DNA of 64,000 nt. Source: Histomonas meleagridis 2922-C6/04-290x. Taxonomy: Eukaryota; Protista; Parabasalia. A program made the position numbers and the translations under genes. This document shows, one piece after another, positions 51,525 to 63,499 of the stretch (position 1 is the first letter of the stretch; each line of letters begins with the position of its first letter). Where the stretch lies: positions 310,001 to 374,000 of the forward strand of contig JAANOX010000241.1 of assembly GCA_020184695.1 (NCBI GenBank). The letters run 5' to 3'. The notes beneath the pieces are model-generated. The model saw only the letters and a list, made by a program, of their open reading frames with translations. It ran no database searches and was not told the DNA's origin.

Positions 51525-54500
51525 ATGATAAAAGCAAGAATTAAATTCCTTCAATATTTACAAATAACAGAAAATATAATATGGAAAATAGAAGAAGATA
51601 ATATTAATGAAGATGTTGAATTCGTGTCAAAACAAATTGATTTTAATTATCCTAATTCTTTTATGTTAATAATAAGTCAGATGTTATATTCATCTTTTAT
51701 ATCTCAAATGAAGAACATAAATGTATATATTAAATTTGTAAGAGAATTTTCTACGAAAAATATTGAGTTTAATCTGATTGATAGCTTCGCTTACTTTCTT
51801 CTTCATTTAAAATCTCAAGAATCAAAATATATACTTTTAATGATGCATGAACAAAATCTTATAAACACTAAAATTTTGAAATCATTGAAACAGTTAAAAT
51901 CTTCAATCTCTCATTTGAATGGTTCCGATGATAATCTATCAAATGAAGAAATAGAAAATCATAAAAAATTAAATGAAGAAAGACATAATCCAAAAGAAAT
52001 TGCGAAAATCATTCGAAATGATGAAATAGAAAAACTACAAGAAATATCATCACAAACAAATTTTGATTTTAATCAAAGAATTGAACCATCAATTTATGAA
52101 ATATGTTCATTTATTAATAAAGAAAATGTTTCATTAATTGATTATGCAGCATTTTTTTCTGCTGTTAAATGTTTTAAGTATTTACTTATGAATGGTGCAA
52201 ATGTAAATAACACAGGTAAATATGCAGTTGCAGGTGGAAATTTAGAGATAGTTCATTTATGCGAACAGAATAATTCAACATTTAAAGATGTATATGAAAC
52301 AGCAATTGAATTTCATCGAAGTGATATCTTCAAATATTTTTATGAGAATAAAATAGTTAAAATTGAAGATATAGAAGAAATAGGAAAGAAATGTGTATTT
52401 TGTAATAATTATAAAATTATTTATTTTTTGGATAAAGAATTAAAGAAAGATGTTATGATGAGTACAGCTGCAGAAAGTGGTAATATATTTCTCTTTAAAT
52501 ATTTTTTAGAAGGAAATAAAATGCCAAAAGATATTTTGATTTCCTCCATTAAATCAAGAAATTTTGAACTTGTTAAATATATTATTGAACAAGGAAATAA
52601 TATTAATGATATAGATTTTTGTTTATTTTTTCCATAATATTTAATGATTTGATGTTTCATTATTTGGAATAAAATTTATATTAATAAAAGAAATGTTAAT
52701 TTGTTATATTCGAAATACATTTTAATCATTCGAAATTTTAATATAATATTTGGGAGTTATTTAAATCATTTTATACTGCACTTATAAGAGCATCTTCAAT
52801 TGGTATATTAGATATAGTTAAATTACTTCTCGAACAAAAAAAAATTTATGTTGATGCTAAAGATATTTATTTGTTTTATTTAAAATTTGTTTTGTTAAAT
52901 TAATATTTCTTAATAACATTTGGGATTTATCCAAAATATTTAACACAGCACTTATGCATGCATCTGAAAACAACCATACAAAAATAGTTAAATTACTTAT
53001 TGAACAAGAAGGAATTGATATAAATGCTAAAAATATTTATTTGTTTTGTTTGATCTCTATTTTATTTATTTAATATTTTGAAGTAATATTTGAAAATAAT
53101 TTGAATAATTTAAGACAGCACTTATGTATGCAACTAAAAACAATCATAAAAAAATAGTTAAAATCCTTCTTGAACAAGAAGGAATTGATATTAGAGCAAA
53201 AGATATTAACTTGTTTTATAAAATGTTTACAGTAATAATTTGATATTTTGAAATAATATTTAAAAATTATTTAAATTATTTAAAACAGCACTCATTTATG
53301 CAAGTGAAAAAGGTTTTGCAGAAATAATAAAATTACTTTTAAAACAAAAAGATATTGATATTAATTCTAAAGACATTTGTTTGTTTTATATCGAATTTAT
53401 TTTAATAATTTTATATTTCAAAATAAAATTTGGAAATTTTTTAAATTATTTAGAACTGCACTTATTAATGCATCTTCAAATGGTCATTCAGAAACAGTTA
53501 AATTACTTCTTGAACAAAAAGGAATTGATATTAATGCCAAAGATATTTATATGTTTTATTTAATATTTATTTAAAGAATTTAATATTTCAAAATAATATT
53601 TGGAAATTATTTAAATTATTTGAACAGCACTTATTAAAGCATCTAAAAATGATCACATAGAAGTAGTTAAATCACTTCTTGAACAAAAAGGAATTGATAT
53701 TAATGCTAAAGATATTTATTTGTTTTATATAAAATTCATTGAAATAATATGATATTTCAAATTAATATTTAATATTTTTATTAATATATTTAATACAGCG
53801 CTTATGTTAGCAACTAAAAAAGGTAATATTGAAATTGTGAATTCACTTCTTGAGCAAAAAGGAATTGATATTAATGTTAAAAATATTTATATATTTTATA
53901 TAAAATTTGTTTTAATAAAATAAAATTTTATAATAATATTTGGAAATCATTCAAATTATTTAATACAGCACTCATAATAGCAATAGAAAATTATGAAACT
54001 AAAAAAGCTAAATTACTTCTTGAAAAAGAAGAAATCGATATTAATATTAAAAATATTTATTTTTATTTATATGAAGTTTATTTTAACTTCCTGATTTCTC
54101 AAAGTAATAAATGGAAATTCTCAAAATTTTTGAAAACAGCTCTTATAATAGCAATTGAAATAAGTATATCAGAAATTATTAAATTACTTCTAGAAAAAGA
54201 AGGAGTTAACATCAATTCTAATGATGTTTTTTTAGATAATTAAATATTCGTTTAACCGATATTCTATTTCACAATAATATTAGGAATTTATTTTAAATAT
54301 TTAAAACAGCTCTCATGTATGCAGTTGAAAGGAATTGTTTATCATTTGTTGAATTACTTTTGGAAAAAGAAGCAATTGATGTAAATGCCAAAGATTTTAA
54401 TTTATTTAATTCTTTGTTTAATTTATTTTTTTCTAGTTTCAAATATTTTTTCGGAATCTATCAAAAATATTTAATACAGCACTTTTACTAGCAATAAAAA

Positions 54501-55230
54501 ATAATTATAATGATGATGTTAATACTGCAATTACATCTTTACTTATCATGCATAAAAAATGTGATGTTAACATTAAAAATATATTTTCGTTTTATTTAAC
54601 GTTTATTTTTGCTAGTTGACATTCTAAAATAATATTTGGAATCTATTCAAATTATTTAAAATACCACTCATGTGTGCAATTGAAAAAGGTAAAACTAAAA
54701 TAGTGAAACTACTACTTGAAAAAGAAGGAATCGATATCAATATTAAAAATATACTTTTGTTTTATTTAAAATTTGCTTCGATCATTTTATCTTTTAAAAA
54801 AATATATAAAATTTAATCAATTTATTTAATACAGCACTTATAATTGCAACTATGAAATGTTGTACTGAAATAGTCAGATTACTCCTTGAACAAAAAGGAA
54901 TCGATGTCAATGCAAAAAATGTATTTTTGTATCCTTTAAAGTTTATAATTTTTAATCGAAATTATAAAATAATGTTTGAGATTTTTTTGAATAAATTAAA
55001 ACAGCACTTATAATAGCAACTGAAAAAGGTAAAACTGAAATTGTAAAATTACTTCTCGAAAAAGAAGGAATTGATATCAATATTAAAAATATACTTTTGT
55101 TTTATTTAAAATTTATTTTAATGTTTTAATTTTTAATTGTAACATTTGGGAATTGTTTTAAATATTTAAAACAGCTCTAATGATAGCAACTCAAAAAGGA
55201 ACCACAGAAATAGTCAATCTATTCAAATAG
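51525..55230 (+). CDS. DUF3447-ankyrin repeat gene C with 15 ankyrin modules, each preceded by an approximately 80-nt non-canonical spacer
   Basis: DUF3447-like ORF 51525-52637. Modules start at 52775, 52945, 53115, 53285, 53455, 53624, 53795, 53965, 54136, 54306, 54476, 54661, 54831, 55001 and 55171. The terminal module TALMIATQKGTTEIVNLFK* ends at 55230. Confidence 0.75.
52695..55170 (+). repeat. Array of about 170-bp period (80-nt spacer + 90-nt ankyrin module), 15 spacers
   Basis: 12 of 15 spacers are exactly 80 nt; one is 79 nt (53545-53623) and two are 81 nt (53714-53794, 54055-54135). One module is 105 nt (54476-54580). Confidence 0.95.
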
Positions 55231-55428
55231 TTTATTAGAATCTGAATAAATATTACACAAATTTTTTAAAAATGTGACTCAAATATAAATTTTTTGGAGG
55301 TATGTTTTTTGTTTTTCTAGAGAAATTTATTCGCAAACGATCTTTTTTTTTCTCGTAGTGATCCAATTGAATGTCAAAAAAATAAACTAATCAAAAAATA
55401 TTCTTATGAAACCGTTTATCGTGAACTA

Positions 55429-56313
55429 ATGGAAGCCGGAGAACAAGTTTATTACGTTTCTGCATTCGAAGACGAAACAGATCAAATTGCTATTGGATGT
55501 GAAAGTGGGAAGCTTTCTATAAACGAAGTTGAAACCAACAAACCAATTTACTCAATATCACTATCAGATTCAATAAATGTTATCCGTGCTAAAACCTCAA
55601 GTGTTCTCTACACCTCTACAGAAGAATTTGTTTTTTTGATAGACACACGTGAAAATTCTCAACCAAAAGTTTTGTTTAAAATTCCATCTGGAATAACTGA
55701 CTTTTGCATCCATGATAATTTAATCGCGATAGCCTCTTATGATGATGATATAATTTTAAGTGACAAACGTATCTTACGTAAATCAAAACAAAAAGGTGTT
55801 CTTCCATCAGTTTGTACATCGTTAACATTTTCAGACTCCAGCCATATTATTTCTGGTTATATTGATACCTCAGTTGGTGTTTGGAATCTTTCTAATTCTC
55901 AATTCACAAATTTTGCATCTACGAATACAACTCAAATGAATCCATCTGTTATTCATTGTGTTGCTTCTAATGGACCTTCTATGGTTGCTGCAGCTCGCCA
56001 AACAGGTCTTGCTTTATTTTACAATGGAAAATGTGTTGCTGATTCATATTTCGAACATGAAGGCGCTGTTCAATACGTTGAATTTGCGAAATGTTTCAAC
56101 GAACCAACAGTTGTCTCTGGAGCATCTGATGGTTCATTAATGGTATTGGATTGGGAATCAAAGAAAGTAATCGATTGTTTCACTATCGATAATGAAAAGG
56201 TACAATGCATAACATCAAATTCGAAATTCATTGCTGTGGCTGATACATCTGACAACGGAAATATAGGAATTTTTAGACCTGAAGATTTTGGCAATGAAGA
56301 AGAAGAAGAATGA
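55429..56313 (+). CDS. WD40 repeat protein
   Basis: Beta-propeller pattern (HEGAVQYVEF...VSGASDGSLMVLDW). Confidence 0.75.
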   Translation: MEAGEQVYYVSAFEDETDQIAIGCESGKLSINEVETNKPIYSISLSDSINVIRAKTSSVLYTSTEEFVFLIDTRENSQPKVLFKIPSGITDFCIHDNLIAIASYDDDIILSDKRILRKSKQKGVLPSVCTSLTFSDSSHIISGYIDTSVGVWNLSNSQFTNFASTNTTQMNPSVIHCVASNGPSMVAAARQTGLALFYNGKCVADSYFEHEGAVQYVEFAKCFNEPTVVSGASDGSLMVLDWESKKVIDCFTIDNEKVQCITSNSKFIAVADTSDNGNIGIFRPEDFGNEEEEE

Positions 56314-56446
56314 ATCTTATAAAATTTGACTTTTCTTATTTTTTTAATAAAAATAGATCATTGTAATAAAGAATTAGAACAATTCTCTTTCGAATTAAGC
56401 ATAAAAAAGGTGACCGTTTGATGTACGTACGTTAGCACCAAAACAA

Positions 56447-57583
56447 ATGGAAATTGGAATCACTCCAATTTTCCAAGTTTCTAAGTCAACTATCGAAAAA
56501 GCAGAATATATAGCAGAAAGTCTACCAAATAGTCCACTTGAAATTGCAAGTATTGCACTTTCAAATGGTCGAACAATTAAAAGACTGGCATGTTGCATTA
56601 AACTTCTAAAATTATTCAAAGAATCTATTCCTGTTACAAAGCTTAGTGCATCTGAAGGAATAAACATTGATAATTTAAATCCAAATTTTGAAAAAGATTT
56701 AACAATTTCATCAAAATTTAAAGAAACAAGTATCACAACAATATTTTCATGTGTTATGGCATCTATTGGTGCTCATGCTGTTGATACATACATGGAAAAT
56801 TCTTCATCACCAGATCCCTTTGCCCAATGTGCACGAGTTGCATTTAGGTTAACATGGTTAATTCATTGTCGTCATGAAGCATTAGTTGGTATAGTTAATA
56901 GAAACCCAATTAAAATCACAAATAATGCACTTCGTCTTTCATCTTTTCCTGATTATGTAACAGAGCCACAACGTGCAGCTTTGTTTTCGTCTTTAAGCTG
57001 TCCAAACAAGATTGATATACGTCTTCTTGCATATTCACTTCCAAAACGTATTCTTCGCGATAGTTCTAAATCGTTTTATTCTGATTTACAAGCGCTTCTT
57101 AATGAAGAAAAGAAAGAACAATTAGAAATTCTTGAAATCAAAGTTGAGAAAATTCTTGTAAACAAAGAAACTCCAAAATTTATCGGCACATCATTGACAA
57201 TTAATGATTCACTTGTAGCATATTTAACAATTAATTTAGACGAAATTTCTAATGACCCATATCGAGAAATGGTTAATTTATTTCTTTTCGAAATGTATAC
57301 CGATAAAGAAATGTTAAAATTTAAAGAAATGTTTAAAAAGGCAGCTGAAAAAGCATCAAAACTAAGTGTTAAAAGTGTTAAAAAATATTTTACTATTCAA
57401 CATTTTGTGTTACATGATATACCACCCACTAAAAAAGAATTAATTAAAACAGTTGATATGCAAATGAAAAATAATGATAAAAATAATCATAGTGAATTTA
57501 GAAGAAAAAAAATCGATGTATCTTTGGTTGATATGTTTCTTCCACAAAAGGATTTCATTGGAAGAAACAAAAATATGAGATGA
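56447..57583 (+). CDS. Hypothetical protein
   Basis: 378-aa ATG ORF; no motif recognised. Confidence 0.65.
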   Translation: MEIGITPIFQVSKSTIEKAEYIAESLPNSPLEIASIALSNGRTIKRLACCIKLLKLFKESIPVTKLSASEGINIDNLNPNFEKDLTISSKFKETSITTIFSCVMASIGAHAVDTYMENSSSPDPFAQCARVAFRLTWLIHCRHEALVGIVNRNPIKITNNALRLSSFPDYVTEPQRAALFSSLSCPNKIDIRLLAYSLPKRILRDSSKSFYSDLQALLNEEKKEQLEILEIKVEKILVNKETPKFIGTSLTINDSLVAYLTINLDEISNDPYREMVNLFLFEMYTDKEMLKFKEMFKKAAEKASKLSVKSVKKYFTIQHFVLHDIPPTKKELIKTVDMQMKNNDKNNHSEFRRKKIDVSLVDMFLPQKDFIGRNKNMR

Positions 57584-58013
57584 AAGCAAACCAAATTTTG
57601 TTTGTAAAAAATTGTTTAACATTTTTTTTTTAAAATGCTAAAATAACTCTTCGTGAAATAATCGATTTATTTGAGTTTAAAAGAATATTTTAGACTAAAA
57701 TAAAATTAAGAACAAATAATATAAAACCAATTTAGAAATATCTTTATTTTAGAATTTTATTAATAAAAGTATTTAGTTAAAAATTATTTTAATCTTTCAT
57801 CAGACTTTGACTAATGTTACATATATAAATCATGTTATTTTTTTTATTTGTAAAAATTTCGTAAATATTCACAAATATCAACTAGAATGTCTTCATAATC
57901 CAATTTGATTACTCGAATTTATAAATTTCACATCACATTTCCATGATAATATTTTCAATATAATATATTCAAAAAGTTAATTCTAAGTTCAGTGGTCATT
58001 TCACTTTGGATTG

Positions 58014-58772
58014 ATGACTGCCAAATATCAAATTGTTCTCCTCCGTCACGGTGAATCCCAATGGAACCTCGAAAACAGATTCACAGGTTGGTATGATTGC
58101 GATCTTTCACCAAAAGGTGTTGAAGAAGCAAAGAATGCCGGAAAAGTTCTCAAAGAAAACGGTTTCGAATTTGATATTGCTTTCACATCAGTACTTAAGC
58201 GTGCCATCCGCACACTTTGGTTAACACTCGATGGACTTGATCAAATGTACATCCCAGTTATCCGCTCATGGAGACTTAACGAACGTCACTATGGTGCTCT
58301 TCAAGGTCTCAACAAGGCAGAAACAGCAGAAAAGTTTGGCGCTGAACAAGTTCTTCAATGGCGTCGTGCTTATGCTATCCCACCACCAGCTCTCGATAAG
58401 ACATCCGAATACTATCCAGGAAATGACAAGAAATACAAGGAACTTGACCCATCCGTTCTCCCACTTCACGAATCACTTGCTACAACAATTGATCGTGTTA
58501 TGCCATTCTGGCACGATCAAATTGTTCCAGCCATCCGCTCTGGAAAGAAGGTCCTCATTGCTGCTCACGGTAACTCACTTCGTGCCCTTGTTAAATATCT
58601 TGATAACATGAGCGAAGATGATATCGTTAACCTTAACATCCCAACTGGTGTTCCACTTGTTTACGACTTAGATGAAAACCTCAAACCAGTTGGCCATCAT
58701 TACCTTGGTGACCAAGAAGCAATTCAAGCCGCCATCAACGCTGTTGCTAACCAAGCCAACAAGAAGAAATAA
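58014..58772 (+). CDS. gpmA: 2,3-bisphosphoglycerate-dependent phosphoglycerate mutase
   Basis: [55 protein letters not shown]; Inr-like TCATTTCACT upstream; strong codon bias. Confidence 0.97.
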   Translation: MTAKYQIVLLRHGESQWNLENRFTGWYDCDLSPKGVEEAKNAGKVLKENGFEFDIAFTSVLKRAIRTLWLTLDGLDQMYIPVIRSWRLNERHYGALQGLNKAETAEKFGAEQVLQWRRAYAIPPPALDKTSEYYPGNDKKYKELDPSVLPLHESLATTIDRVMPFWHDQIVPAIRSGKKVLIAAHGNSLRALVKYLDNMSEDDIVNLNIPTGVPLVYDLDENLKPVGHHYLGDQEAIQAAINAVANQANKKK

Positions 58773-59874
58773 AAACTTCAGCCCATAACGATCTTATTTT
58801 ATTGTTTTTTTGAAGTCATTTTAATTCTTATTATTGGAAACTTGTTCTATTGGACTTGTTTTTTATTGATATTTCTTGTAGTGTTTTATTATAAAGTACT
58901 TTTTTATAAAGAATGAGGCATGAGTCTAGAAAACAAATTTCAGGATTAAATTATTTAAACACATACGATCAAAATCAACTTTTTCAATACTCTCGAAAAA
59001 ACATGTTTTTCATATATATAAGTCTGTTCAAAGTCAAAATATTCCGATGATATTGACTAGTTTATAATATTGTCAAAAGATTCTGACAAAATAAACAAAA
59101 AAAGGTTAATAATTATGTGTCATTTTGAGACTTGAATTTTTGATTGATGCTTTTGGTTTTTGGCTTGCAACACAAGAGAAAGTGATAGGGTGCCCCAGTG
59201 GTTTTATGCAAAAAATGCTCATTATTATCATTAATTTTATGTTTACCTGATCGTAAAAACAAATAATATTCAGTTCATGACATATCAATCAGATATATCT
59301 CTTTTTTTCAGATATTGAATAAAAGTTTCTTACCTGATTTTAATAAGCGATACAGAATTATATGGTTTACTTGATATAAACATGTCAATCATATGGCGGT
59401 AATATTTTGTTTTATATATTATCGTTATTTTAAATTGGGTATTTAACCGATTTAGTGACAAAATATTTGCATTATGAATTCTTTCTATTTTTTTTGATCT
59501 CGACATTATATTTTTAAATAATTTCCTCTTGAATTTTCATATAAAATAATTTCCGAAACTTTTAGATAAATTTAAATGAGAAAAAATGGTATATGACATC
59601 AATCACAAATGACTATCTTAATGTCGGTCATAATCATTCATTTTAATGAGGAAATTTTGATCGAAATAAAATATGGCGAATAAATATTGTATCAAATATA
59701 TTTGATTTCTATGAGTTTAAAACATGATGGTTGATGTTACGACCAACTGGCCATTTATTTACTCAAACTCCGATTTATATAGTTTGCTTTTGTCATTAAC
59801 GGAAGCTGATTTTTTTATTCAATTTAGGAGGACCTGTTAGAGAGAAATATTAATATTCAACCTTTTGTTGAATA

Positions 59875-59945
59875 AAATTTATAGCTTGGCAGTATAATCC
59901 TTTTTTGCACGTTAAATGCCATTGGTTCGAATCCCGATATTGGAG
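59875..59945 (+). pseudogene. tRNA-like relic within the left TIR (mirror copy at 62444-62514 on the minus strand)
   Basis: A-box-like TAGCTTGGCAGTA, intact B box GGTTCGAATCC at tRNA-like spacing, TTTGCAC loop and a poly-T tract. The stems are broken. Confidence 0.55.
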
Positions 59946-60879
59946 AATGTTTTTTTTGTTTTTTTTTCTTATTAATTTGTATTTCTAATCAATTTCTTAC
60001 TAAAAAACTTATTTAGAAATACTTTTTATTCATTATGATATATGTAAAACATTGTTAATTATGTTAAATTGTAATTTAGTTTTATTTTATAATCCTAATA
60101 AAATATTCATATAAAATTTAGGGAAAAAAATCATAAAAAACATATATATTTATAATATTTACATATATTAATAGATATATTTTTATTTACTACAATTTTA
60201 AAATCTTTAATAATCCAATAAATTAATTTTAATATTTTATATCATTGTTGTAATCACTTTTTGAATGTAATTCAAATATTTGAGAAAATATTTTGTCGGT
60301 GAATGGGATTAAATTTTACAACGTTTGTGTTTTATTTATGATATATACAGATTTTTGGATTGATTTCAAACAAATTTTGAAATATACAGAAAGTCATTAA
60401 TGAGTATTAAAATGACACAATTATTCAATACAATATCACAGTATATATCTAGATCAAAAAAAAATTAAAACATGAAAATGAAAATTTGATAGATTTTTGC
60501 TGAATACTGAATGTTATTCATTAGTGTTATGTATAATGTTATTCATTAGTGCTATGTTTAAATTATATTATTCTATTTCAAAATAACCTTCGTTTCTCTG
60601 AATGTTATTGAAATATTTTAATTTCGAATATGATTATTTTCAATACCCTTATGTCATGAAACAATATTAATATCATTTTTATTCAAAATAATTTTATGCT
60701 TAAGAGTTCTCATTGATGTAAATTTTATAAAGCCCAAAGAAACAATTTATAATGGGCATGATACAATGTATTGTACAAATGGTTCTCACTACGTTATTGC
60801 TCACTTATCTGAAGGGAATTTAATTTTTGCTGAACTTGTTCAAAAATATAAATATAATGATGATACAAATAATCCATAT

Positions 60880-61780
60880 TTTATGCATTTATTTTGTTTG
60901 AATAAAATAGAAAATAAATTAATTTAAGAAACTTCAGATTTTTTTTTTCTCATTGAAGAACTTACAAAGAATGATTATGCACTTCATAAGAAACTTTTCC
61001 ATGAAGTACATAATCCGAATGAGAACTTAAAAATAATTCGAAGTGATACTAAGTAGAATACTTCAAGAAATAACATCACGAGCGAACTTTGATTTTAATC
61101 AATACTTTGAACCATCAATTTAAGAACGATATGAATATATTTATGGATATAATGTTACATTGGTTATGCAGCATTTTTTGATTAAGTTAAATGTTTTAAA
61201 TATTTAGTTCTAATGTTTATGAAACAAGTAAATATGCTGTTGTAGGTGGAAATACAGAGATAATTCTTATATGTAAACAAATTATTTATCATTTGATAAT
61301 GCATATAAAACAGCAATTAAATTTCATCAAAAATGATATCTATAAATATTTATATGATAATAAAATTGTCGAAAATATTAACTGAGAATATCTAGGAATT
61401 AAATGTATTTGATTTCACAATTATGAATTTATTTTATTCACAAGATGAAGGATTGGAAGGAATTATTGATGAAATAATCGGTGAAGCAGAAATTGATGGA
61501 AATTTATTTTATATATCATAATATAATTATATATCAGAATATCAAAGATTTAAAAAAAAATATTTTTCGGATCTGTAAGATCAAATAACTTTGAGCTCGT
61601 TCGATTTCCCCTCAAACGAGGGAAATTATATTTCGAACAGCATTAACATTTGCAATTATTCGTTGTGATATAGATACAATCAAATTACTTTTTGATCAAG
61701 AAGAAATTGAAATTACTGTTGAGAATATTTATTTTATATTTTTGGATATTTGTTTTAGTTTAAAATATAGAATCAAATAT
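60880..61780 (+). pseudogene. Captured, decayed DUF3447-ankyrin gene fragment (cargo)
   Basis: Nucleotide similarity to gene A (AAAGAATGATTATGCACTTCATAAGAAACTTTTCCATGAA vs AAGAATGATTGGGAACTTCATAAGAAATTTATCCATGAA); one ankyrin module RTALTFAIIRCDIDTIKLLFDQEEIEITVEN; many stops and frameshifts. Confidence 0.85.
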
Positions 61781-63499
61781 ACAATATATTCATCGATATT
61801 TATCGATATTTATCTATTCTTCAAATTTATTCTATTGATAATCAAACTTTTCGTTATAACATATTTATAAATATGTATCATCTAAATGAAATAATCTTTT
61901 TCATAATTCATAATATGTTAGTCATATGTTATAAGGCTTTGAACAAATATGATGATTTTTCTGTATTCAAAAAGACGTCGAGTCACTTCACTTTAATACC
62001 CATTAATGACTTTCTGTATATTTCAAAATTTGTTTGAAATCAATCCAAAAATCTGTATATATCATAAATAAAACACAAACGTTGTAAAATTTAATCCCAT
62101 TCACCGACAAAATATTTTCTCAAATATTTGAATTACATTCAAAAAGTGATTACAACAATGATATAAAATATTAAAATTAATTTATTGGATTATTAAAGAT
62201 TTTAAAATTGTAGTAAATAAAAATATATCTATTAATATATGTAAATATTATAAATATATATGTATGATCCCTAAATTTTTATATGAATATTTTATTAGGG
62301 ATTATAAAAATAAAACTAAATTACAATTTAACATAATTAACAATGTTTTTACATATATCATAATGAATAAAAAGTATTTCTAAATAAGTTTTTTTAGTAA
62401 GAAATTGATTAGAAATACAAATTAATAAGAAAAAAAAAACATTCTCCAATATCGGGATTCGAACCAATGGCATTTAACGTGCAAAAAAGGATTATACTGC
62501 CAAGCTATAAATTTTATTCAACAAAAGGTTGAATATTAATATTTCTCTCTAACAGGTCCTCCTAAATTGAATAAAAAAATCAGCTTCCCGTCATTAACTG
62601 TTATCAATAACAGTTTAAGTCAAATCGTATTACAGCTTGATCGGTTTCGACTGAAAAAATAAATTTTTTATATTCAAATTTTTCAAAAATTATCCGAATT
62701 TTCACGACAATTTGATGTTCATTTTATTTGTTAACCTTTTTTGCAGCCAAGGTGGATTCAATCTTATAGCAGAAGCTAGATTGGGTTATGGGTCAGGCAA
62801 AGGTGGTACACACCTGACATGTAATAACATGACGAATATTAATAATACGCATAAAAAAAACGCACAAAAATACAATACAAATGAGGTCAAATTCAAATTC
62901 AACGATGGCACAAGTAAAAATTTATCATAGTCAGCTGCATTAAAAGTTATGATGAAAGGTGATCAAATAATCGAAAAATATGAAACAGAGGAATATGAAC
63001 CTGCTGGAATAGATCAAGACAAGAAAGAACGACTTATTTTCGTTGATATTATGTCAATCAATGATTTCGAAGGTAACATCTAATCTAATTCCGAATTTAT
63101 CTATGATTATGATGTTCTTATCTATGGTACATGTTTTACAGGATATTCAATCACAACTACTACAGCCACCGAACATATCGCTAAATATATAACTTCACAT
63201 GATTTTTATATGAATAGTCAAAAAACAGGGATATTCCCAATACGCAAACTATTTGGCATCTACTCATCACTAGTTGATCAAATCATATAATGGTGGACTC
63301 ATTAGCATAACACATTATTTATGGCACTTTCAAAGAGAAGGACTATTAACAAACTATCTGACAAAGCGGATTTGAAGTACACTCTTCCCTGAAACCCTAA
63401 TGTGGAAGAAGTTCTTCTCAAATGATTTGAAAAATACATAGATTTTATTTTTCATTTTTTATTTTTACATTTAGTTTTAGATATGCTATTTGTTTAAAA

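Larger units (their letters stand above)
59801..62589. mobile_element. Non-autonomous Mutator-like (Pack-MULE-like) element with TIRs of about 600 bp and a 9-bp TSD
   Basis: 59801-~60411 is the reverse complement of ~61992-62589. GTCATTAAC is duplicated at 59792-59800 and 62590-62598. Termini are GG(G)AAGCTG. No transposase inside. Confidence 0.88.

Noticed and set aside
53377-53574. Short ORFs 53377-53574 and 53381-53563
   Set aside because: They are chance read-through of one spacer and one ankyrin module, not independent genes.
54929-54937. GTATCCTTT, a perfect U12-type 5' splice site, in one spacer
   Set aside because: It occurs in only 1 of 25 spacers, with no U12 branch site or AG/AC acceptor in frame; probably chance.
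52695-55170. Strict matched-codon take-off/landing rule as in T4 gene 60
   Set aside because: Codon 1 and codon 52-54 match in some units (ATT/ATA, TTT/TTT) but not in others (GTT/ATA, ATT/ACA, ATT/AAA). Bypassing stays possible but is not supported by this rule.
52695-55230. CRISPR-like repeat-spacer array
   Set aside because: The period is 170 bp, both parts are homologous between units, one part encodes ankyrin repeats, the context is eukaryotic and there are no cas genes.
62712-63400. ORF 62712-62930 and nearby coding-like fragments
   Set aside because: The region is stop-riddled and I cannot assign a family; it is probably pseudogene debris.
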